Positions 57,722-64,000 of a stretch of 64,000 nt of DNA are shown here, piece after piece; position 1 is the first letter of the stretch, and each line of letters opens with the position of its first letter. Source of the stretch: an uncultured bacterium (lineage in GTDB: Bacteria > Krumholzibacteriota > Krumholzibacteriia > Krumholzibacteriales > CAZTHK01); the NCBI GenBank assembly GCA_964613215.1, contig CAZTHK010000005.1, positions 7,958 to 71,957 on the forward strand, written 5' to 3'. Made by a program: the position numbers and the translations under genes. Below the pieces are notes generated by a model. That model searched no databases. It was not told where the DNA came from and was given only the letters and a program-made list of their open reading frames with translations.

Positions 57722-57814
57722 ATGCCCAGCGGAAAGAAAAGAAAGAGAAAGAAAATTTCAAAGCACAAGAGAAAGAAGAGATTGCGCAAGGACCGCCACA
57801 AGAAAAAGAGATAA
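57722..57814 (+). CDS. Small basic ribosomal protein bS22 / AURKAIP1-COX24 family (30 aa; absent from ORF track)
   Basis: ATG 57722 to TAA 57814 gives MPSGKKRKRKKISKHKRKKRLRKDRHKKKR; GGAGG SD upstream. Confidence 0.88.
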   Translation: MPSGKKRKRKKISKHKRKKRLRKDRHKKKR

Positions 57815-57829
57815 AACTGCAGGGAGAAT

Positions 57830-58180
57830 ATGTCTTTCAAGGAGCGCAGAAGAGCAAAGAGGGTAGAGAAGAAACTACCCATCACTGTTCTGGGTGGTCC
57901 CGAGAAGGTGGCGGGTGAAACCCTTAACATCAGTACCAATGGTGTCTATTTCACCTGCCCCTACTTTATTGAACCTCTAACCAAGGTACACCTTAGCCTG
58001 GTTATTCCGGGCGAGGAGGATTCCCGGGACCAGGTAGAGAGTGAAGGGGTTGTGGTAAGAGTCGAACCGGAGAGGAAGGACGCCTCTGTGTCCGAGTACA
58101 ACATAGCTGTATTCTTCAATAGAATATCTGATCCAGATCACAGCAAGCTGGAATCATTTATCCAACGCTGTCTCGAGTAA
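57830..58180 (+). CDS. PilZ domain protein
   Basis: ERRRAKR (RxxxR) and NISTNG (D/NxSxxG) c-di-GMP-binding motifs. Confidence 0.9.
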   Translation: MSFKERRRAKRVEKKLPITVLGGPEKVAGETLNISTNGVYFTCPYFIEPLTKVHLSLVIPGEEDSRDQVESEGVVVRVEPERKDASVSEYNIAVFFNRISDPDHSKLESFIQRCLE

Positions 58181-58285
58181 GATAATTCCAGGCAAAAATT
58201 TATTAATTATCTAAAGGCGCTTATACTCTGTCCGAATATCTATGTAGATCCGGTTTTTGAGCGAAAAAGACACCGCCCGGCCGGT

Positions 58286-58651
58286 ATGAACTCAGCGTAT
58301 GAATTTTATTTGTACTCCGGTATGAGCTTTCGGATAGCAAAGGATACTTCATTGAAGATAATTTTTCTGTACAAGAGGTTATATGATAAAAGCAGAAAGC
58401 AACTTGAGGCGTTGAAGCAAGGTGATCTCTGGATGGTGGAGGAATTAACCCGGGAGAGGGAGGAGCTCACCGATGAAATATGCAGCATTATCGACCATGG
58501 AAGGGTAGATCTGGATAATAATCTTATCAGCAGAAAAGCGCATGAATTGACAGAAGCCATCCTCCAGATAGATGAGCAGATAAAAAATGGGTTGATGAGT
58601 GAACTGGTAACCAGAAACCGCAAACATTCCGAACTCGAGGTTCATGAATAA
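58286..58651 (+). CDS. Helical hypothetical protein, FliT/FlgN-like
   Basis: SRKQLEALKQGDL..VEEL..EREEL..EI pattern resembles flagellar chaperones; start codon uncertain. Confidence 0.5.
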   Translation: MNSAYEFYLYSGMSFRIAKDTSLKIIFLYKRLYDKSRKQLEALKQGDLWMVEELTREREELTDEICSIIDHGRVDLDNNLISRKAHELTEAILQIDEQIKNGLMSELVTRNRKHSELEVHE

Positions 58652-58765
58652 ATACCTTCTTATCCCCTGACCGGTTGTTTTGTTAATAAAGCCGGCCAAT
58701 TCGACATTAAGTCACCTGTTTTATCATCCCCCTCAGGGAAAAGTGGATGTATTTCCGCCGGGGGG

Positions 58766-58793
58766 TTGACTTTTTGGCGTACCTGATTAAACT
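58766..58793 (+). promoter_or_regulatory. Sigma70-type promoter of the kinase/regulator operon
   Basis: TTGACT-16 nt-TAAACT. Confidence 0.5.
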
Positions 58794-58829
58794 CAAGATA
58801 TACATTTTTATTGAAGGTATCCGGCAGGT

Positions 58830-60953
58830 GTGATATCTATCTCATTTAGAATTAAAGGAAAGGAAAGCGTTTTGGATTATCGGGGATCTATACTGGTTGT
58901 GGATGATGAGGAAAACATCCTTGATATACTGGATCAGTTTCTTTCGGAGAGAAATTATCTGGTGAAAACAGCCAGAAAGGGAGAGCTTGCTCTCCAGATG
59001 GCCAGAGAATTCGATCCGGGAGTTGTTCTTATCGATATTAAGTTGCCCGATTACAACGGGCTGGAACTGATAGAAAAATTCAGGGCCATACAACCCGGGA
59101 CCAAGTGCGTGGTGATGACCGGTTATGCTTCGATGGAAAGCACCATTCAGGCCCTTCGTCTCAATGCCTTCGATTATATTATTAAGCCCTTCGATCTGGT
59201 AAAGATTGGCGAAGTAGTGGATGCTGCCTTCAGCCACTTTCTGCTCAAGCGTGACAGCTCCAGGATAATAAAACGTCTGGAATCAGCTAACCGGCAGCTG
59301 GAAAAGAGCAAGCAGGAGTTGAGCCGCAGGGTGATGAAGACCAACAGGGAGCTTGCTCATACTAACGATTTGCTGAAGAGGCATGTAACCAGGTTAAAGA
59401 TGCTCTACCAGATGGGGAGGGATATAAGTTCAAGTGAGGACTGGAGCGATTCGCTGGACAGATTTCTGATGGCCCTATGCAGCTATATGGATGCAGAGGG
59501 GTCGGCTCTTCTGCTTTTCAGTAACAGCGGGGAAGTACTTCAGGTGAGAACTTCCTACCAGGTGGAAGAACCACTTCTAAAAGAGGCCATCAGCACTTTG
59601 AGGAAGATTCACAACCGGGACCTGCTGAGCTGTGAAATATTTGCCCTGGAAGGCTATTCCCGTGGTAAGGTGAATACCTGCCTGAATATGCCCGGCAAAT
59701 GGCGGGAAACAGTGATTCCCCTTCAGTACAAGGGAAGATGGCTGGGATTCATATTCCTGGTCAAACAATATAAATCCAGAAATGAGTATCTTAATGATTA
59801 CCATTTTATCACAACCATACAGACCATTCTTACCGAGGAAGTAGCCAATGCGGTTAATATCAGCAGATTAAGAAACCTTAAGAATTTCAATCAGACCATA
59901 CTGGAAAACATCAATAACGGGGTGCTCAAGACCGACCGGGAGGGAGGAATAGTATTCCTCAACAGTAAAGCAAGGGAGATGCTGGGGGTAAATTCGGTTG
60001 AAGGATTGAAATTTGATCAGGTATTTGACGATCCCGCTACGGATGGATCACTGTTTCATTATCTAATTCACAATAAAGGTTCCAGTTTTTCCATGGAGGT
60101 TACCCTGACTCCCGGAGGTGTTAGCAGGATGCCGATACGGTTGAGCACTACCAGGGTTAAAACCGATGAATTCCATGGAAAAACTCTGGTTGCCGTTTTC
60201 GAGGACCTGACTGAGCAGAAGAAGATGGAGGAGGAGCTGAGGAGGAATGACAGGCTCAGGTCCATAGGAGAATTATCGGCGGGGGTGGCCCATGAGATAA
60301 GAAATCCACTCACCGGCATAGCTACTACTGCCCAGGTGCTCAAGGACAGAATGAGGAAAGAATCCGGTAACGTCCGGTATATCTCGGTTATCCTGGACGA
60401 GATAAAGCGATTGGACGACATCATTACCAATCTGATGACCTTTGCCAGGCCATCCTCACCCCAGCCATCCGATTTTCAGCTCAGGGAGCTGATAGCAGAG
60501 GTGGCAGCACTGATATCCCGGGAGGCTGAAAGGGAGGGTGTCCGGATCGAAATCGACGACCGGGTGGAAAATGATTCATGCTATCTGGACCGCAGCCAGA
60601 TAAAGCAGGTGATTTTGAACATAGCCCTGAACGGAATAGAGGCATGTGAGGATGGGGGCAGAGTAATCGTCAAAACAAGGGATTCGGAGGATCCCCGTTA
60701 CATCCGGATTGAGATTGAAGATAACGGAGTGGGTATCGATGAGCAGTCCATGGAGAAGTTATACAATCCCTTCTTCACCACAAAATCTGAAGGTACCGGG
60801 CTGGGTCTGGCCATATCCAGAAAGATAATGGAAGGTAACGGGGGGATACTTACCCACCGGAGCGAATTGGGAAAGGGTACCAGCTTTTTTATAGACTTAC
60901 CCAGGAAGATGGATATATCCTTGAAAGAACAGGAGAGTATGGAAGCATCATGA
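58830..60953 (+). CDS. Hybrid sensor: receiver + coiled coil + GAF-like + PAS + histidine kinase
   Basis: ILVVDDE/DIKLP/KPFD receiver; AHEIRNPL H-box; DNGVGI, PFFTTK.EGTGLGL. Start may be TTG 58872. Confidence 0.92.
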   Translation: MISISFRIKGKESVLDYRGSILVVDDEENILDILDQFLSERNYLVKTARKGELALQMAREFDPGVVLIDIKLPDYNGLELIEKFRAIQPGTKCVVMTGYASMESTIQALRLNAFDYIIKPFDLVKIGEVVDAAFSHFLLKRDSSRIIKRLESANRQLEKSKQELSRRVMKTNRELAHTNDLLKRHVTRLKMLYQMGRDISSSEDWSDSLDRFLMALCSYMDAEGSALLLFSNSGEVLQVRTSYQVEEPLLKEAISTLRKIHNRDLLSCEIFALEGYSRGKVNTCLNMPGKWRETVIPLQYKGRWLGFIFLVKQYKSRNEYLNDYHFITTIQTILTEEVANAVNISRLRNLKNFNQTILENINNGVLKTDREGGIVFLNSKAREMLGVNSVEGLKFDQVFDDPATDGSLFHYLIHNKGSSFSMEVTLTPGGVSRMPIRLSTTRVKTDEFHGKTLVAVFEDLTEQKKMEEELRRNDRLRSIGELSAGVAHEIRNPLTGIATTAQVLKDRMRKESGNVRYISVILDEIKRLDDIITNLMTFARPSSPQPSDFQLRELIAEVAALISREAEREGVRIEIDDRVENDSCYLDRSQIKQVILNIALNGIEACEDGGRVIVKTRDSEDPRYIRIEIEDNGVGIDEQSMEKLYNPFFTTKSEGTGLGLAISRKIMEGNGGILTHRSELGKGTSFFIDLPRKMDISLKEQESMEAS

Positions 60954-60966
60954 AGGAGAAACAGGG

Positions 60967-62340
60967 ATGAAGAGAAAGATATTGATAATAGATGATGAGA
61001 AGGCTATCAGGTGGTCTCTGGGGGAGGCCCTGAGGAATATGGATTATGAAGTTGAAACCGCGGAGACCGGGGAGAAGGGGGTGGAACTTTATGCTGACGA
61101 CCTGCCTGACATGGTCATCCTTGATTTGAAACTTCCCGGCATGAATGGAATAGAGGTGCTGAAGAAGATGAAAGATATGGAGAAGAACATGCCGGTAATA
61201 ATGATGACGGCTTACGGGGAAATTGAAACTGCGGTGGAAGCGATAAAGAATGGGGCCTACGATTTCATCCTGAAGCCATTCCAGCTGGAGAAATTGAAGG
61301 TGTCCATCAAGAATGCCTTCGAATCCAGCAGGCTGAAATCAGAACTCAAGAATTACCGGGATAAGGAGAGGGAAGCATACGCTTTCGAGAATTTTATCGG
61401 GAAGAGTGAGGTGATGAAGGAGGTATTCAGGAAGGTTAAGAAGATAGGCAGAAGCAAGGCCAGCACCATTCTGATACAGGGGGAGAGTGGTACCGGGAAG
61501 GAGTTGGTGGCCAGGGCCATCCATCAGAGCAGCGGAGAGGGCGAAAAGAGGCCATTTATGGAGATAAACTGTGCCGCTCTGCCCGAATCACTTCTGGAGA
61601 GTGAACTTTTCGGTCATGAGAAGGGTGCCTTCACCGACGCTAAGAGAAAAAAGAGAGGCCTCTTTGAGCTGGCTGAAGGAGGAACCATATTTCTGGATGA
61701 GATCGGTGAGATGGGTATTACTCTTCAGAGCAGGTTGCTCAGGGTGTTGGAGAATAAAACCTTCAGAAGGGTAGGGGGGGTGAAGGATCTCAAGGTTAAT
61801 ACCAGAATAATATCCGCTACCAACCGGGATCTGAAGGCAGCTATAAAAGAGGGAGAGTTCAGGAGTGATCTCTATTACAGGTTACAGGTGATTCCTATAT
61901 ATCTTCCTCCCCTCAGGGACCGCAAGAAGGATATTCCCCTGCTGGCCGATCATTTCATATCCATGTTCAATAAGGAGTTCAAGAAGAATGTCAAGAAGGT
62001 GGGGAAGGAAGTAGTAAAGCTTTTTCAAAATTATAACTGGCCTGGAAATGTTCGGGAATTAAAAAATGTTATAGAGAGAGCTATGTTGCTGGAGGCGGAG
62101 GTTGAGTTGCTGCCTGAACATTTGCCCTCCGAGATAAGATCCGGAGTTACCAGCCGGGGAGAGGATGCTGAAACCGGGCTGTCTGAAGAGATGTTGCCGG
62201 TAACGGTCAAGGAGATGGAAAAACTCCTGATATTGAAAACAGTGGATATGACAGAGGGGAATAAGTCAAAAGCGTCCAAGCTGCTTGGTATCAGCCGTCA
62301 GACCCTCAGGGAAAAGATAAAAACCTACCAGCTTGAATAA
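60967..62340 (+). CDS. Sigma54-dependent response regulator (NtrC/AtoC family)
   Basis: Receiver; GESGTGKE, ESELFGHEKGAFTDA, FLDEIG, WPGNVREL; Fis-type HTH. Confidence 0.96.
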   Translation: MKRKILIIDDEKAIRWSLGEALRNMDYEVETAETGEKGVELYADDLPDMVILDLKLPGMNGIEVLKKMKDMEKNMPVIMMTAYGEIETAVEAIKNGAYDFILKPFQLEKLKVSIKNAFESSRLKSELKNYRDKEREAYAFENFIGKSEVMKEVFRKVKKIGRSKASTILIQGESGTGKELVARAIHQSSGEGEKRPFMEINCAALPESLLESELFGHEKGAFTDAKRKKRGLFELAEGGTIFLDEIGEMGITLQSRLLRVLENKTFRRVGGVKDLKVNTRIISATNRDLKAAIKEGEFRSDLYYRLQVIPIYLPPLRDRKKDIPLLADHFISMFNKEFKKNVKKVGKEVVKLFQNYNWPGNVRELKNVIERAMLLEAEVELLPEHLPSEIRSGVTSRGEDAETGLSEEMLPVTVKEMEKLLILKTVDMTEGNKSKASKLLGISRQTLREKIKTYQLE

Positions 62341-62618
62341 GACGAAGCCTTTAATCATCTGATAGTCAGTCGCTAACTCAATCCTTTTGATCGGCAATGC
62401 GGAATTGTTCCATTATGGGAATGAACTGCCCATGGTGTAACAGTTTCTGCTTGACGGTGTTAAGATTTCAACCACCCGGTTCTACAGATTCCGGAGTGTG
62501 AGGTTCAATAGCTTCTCCATTCCGGGAGGCAAAAAATTCCCCCTTTGTCGCTGTAACTCTTTCCCTTCCTTTTATATCCGGCAATTATTTCCCTGGTCAC
62601 TATCCAATATGGTTTAAA

Positions 62619-62634
62619 CAGGCATATTCTTTGC
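62619..62634 (+). promoter_or_regulatory. Sigma54 -24/-12 promoter
   Basis: CAGGCATATTCTTTGC: GG-N10-GC spacing with TTGC; about 90 nt upstream of ATG 62726. Confidence 0.65.
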
Positions 62635-62725
62635 GGATGTGGCTGTCGTTAGAGTGAGGAAATATTTTCCGCAACATATGAAATCAGCATCAGAAATATA
62701 TTTTTCAGGTTTTAAGGAGGAAAAA

Positions 62726-63490
62726 ATGGCTGTTCCCGCACGTGATAACCATCTGATCAGGGAGAAGTCTTCGTCACCTGTAAAGGTTGACCACTGGGAA
62801 TCTTTTGACGGGGAAGCCCGTCTTCATAGGTTGCAGGATTTCAACCGGCTACTCTCCATAATGATTCATCAGACACGTAATTACTGCATGAGTGCTAAGG
62901 GTTATGTCTCCCTTCTGGAGTGTGATGGCATGGAAAGCGAGAAAAGCGGGGAATGGCTGTCAAAGATATCCAGAGGTATGAACTGCCTGGAGGATTTTCT
63001 GAATCAGTTCGAAACTTACCGCCCCTCCAGGAACCCGGGAGAACAAGGGATAGGAGTGAAAAACGAAGTAAGAGAAGTCTGGGCTATGGTCAGTGAGCAA
63101 TCCACTAAAGAGATTGTCTTCGATATCACTGTGGATGAAGAAGTTGAGGTGATAGGCGATCCTGGAGATTTCAAGAAGATGGTTCATCACCTCCTGAAAA
63201 ATTCTATGGAAGCAATAGAGGATAGAGGAAAAATCTCAATGGATCTGTCACCTGTAGAAACAATAGATGGAAGAAAGAGGGGCTGGATACTGGAATTTCA
63301 GGATAACGGATGCGGGATGAGCGAGGATGAGTTATCCAGGGCTGGACAGCTGCTTTACACCACCAAGAGGGGGCACGTTGGATGTGGACTGAACCTGGCC
63401 ACCGCGGTTATTAGACGGATCGGCGCTACTGTGGGAGTGTGGTCGAAGCAGGGAGTGGGGACACTCATCAGGATAAAGAAGGTTGATTAA
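62726..63490 (+). CDS. Cytoplasmic sensor-less histidine kinase (FlgS/FleS-like position)
   Basis: Variant H-box HQTRN, KNSMEA N-box, DNGCGM, YTTK..GCGL; AAGGAGG SD before ATG 62726. Confidence 0.8.
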   Translation: MAVPARDNHLIREKSSSPVKVDHWESFDGEARLHRLQDFNRLLSIMIHQTRNYCMSAKGYVSLLECDGMESEKSGEWLSKISRGMNCLEDFLNQFETYRPSRNPGEQGIGVKNEVREVWAMVSEQSTKEIVFDITVDEEVEVIGDPGDFKKMVHHLLKNSMEAIEDRGKISMDLSPVETIDGRKRGWILEFQDNGCGMSEDELSRAGQLLYTTKRGHVGCGLNLATAVIRRIGATVGVWSKQGVGTLIRIKKVD

Positions 63491-63519
63491 AGCTTAACTA
63501 CAGCGGGGGTAAGAGAAGC

Positions 63520-64000
63520 ATGAGAAAGAGAATACTGGTTGTAGATGATCAGAAAATAACGAGAGAATTTCTACTGGATGCACTCAGTGGGACCTATCAG
63601 ATCGATGAAGCCGAAAATAAGGAAGAGGCACTGGGAAAGATCGAGAAGAGATACTTTGATATGGTACTTACCGATGTGAGGATGAATGAGAAGGATGAGG
63701 GATTGGAACTGCTGAAAAAGATAAAGGAGAAATCAGAGGATACCATAGTAATAGTAATGACAGCATATGCCAGTATCGAACAGGCCACTGAAGCGATGCA
63801 TATGGGGGCATACAATTACATAGAAAAGCCATTTACCCTGGATGAGATCAAGATAAAACTAAGTAAGGCCTTCGAATATTCATCCCTGAGGAGTGAGAAC
63901 AGGCAGTTGAAAAGGAAGCTGGATGTTTCCGCTGGCAAAGAGATAATCGGATCGTCAGCAAAACTCAAGAAGATACTGAAAACAGTGGATAAAATTGCTG
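63520..64000 (+). CDS. Sigma54-type response regulator, truncated by window edge
   Basis: MRKRILVVDDQ...LTDVRM...MTAYAS...KPF...IIGSSAKLKKILKTVDKIA; open to the end of the window. Confidence 0.88.
   Translation, partial: MRKRILVVDDQKITREFLLDALSGTYQIDEAENKEEALGKIEKRYFDMVLTDVRMNEKDEGLELLKKIKEKSEDTIVIVMTAYASIEQATEAMHMGAYNYIEKPFTLDEIKIKLSKAFEYSSLRSENRQLKRKLDVSAGKEIIGSSAKLKKILKTVDKIA

Noticed and set aside
1-64000. CRISPR arrays, rRNA, prophage or defence systems
   Set aside because: No regularly spaced direct repeats, rRNA-like tracts, or phage/cas/restriction genes were recognised.

Overview
Bacterial chromosomal window, densely coding (about 62 CDS, 3 tRNAs), with no integrase, transposase gene, prophage or CRISPR array visible. 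Gene content (GWxTD protein, C-terminal S/T-WG-x-IK-xx-Y tails, MPSGKKRK-type bS22, Omp85 and TonB proteins) suggests a diderm FCB-group anaerobe such as Ca. Krumholzibacteriota/Latescibacterota; this is inference, not a measured placement. Metabolism points to peptide/amino-acid fermentation: tdh-kbl, ggt, peptidases, Na+-type pyrophosphatase, hypABCD, a Btu/Fec-like ABC importer and a stand-alone methyl-THF methyltransferase. The window also holds archease-rtcB, tandem-domain thyX, hflKC, nfeD-floA, c-di-GMP components and a sigma54 cascade at the right edge. The most unusual observations are: (1) an intact 924-aa DnaE paralogue that has lost the polymerase and PHP catalytic residues but ends in a beta-clamp motif; (2) a 90-nt intergenic hairpin RNA candidate upstream of HU whose apical 17-mer TCATCCTCACGTGAAGA recurs exactly in another intergenic hairpin 25 kb away and resembles a divergent parS; (3) two tandem secreted paralogues sharing a C-terminal WG-x-IK-xx-Y putative sorting signal; (4) a metallopeptidase/beta-propeller/Omp85 fusion; (5) a REP/IS200-end-like palindrome pair. 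All family calls come from motif recognition by eye; no database search was run.
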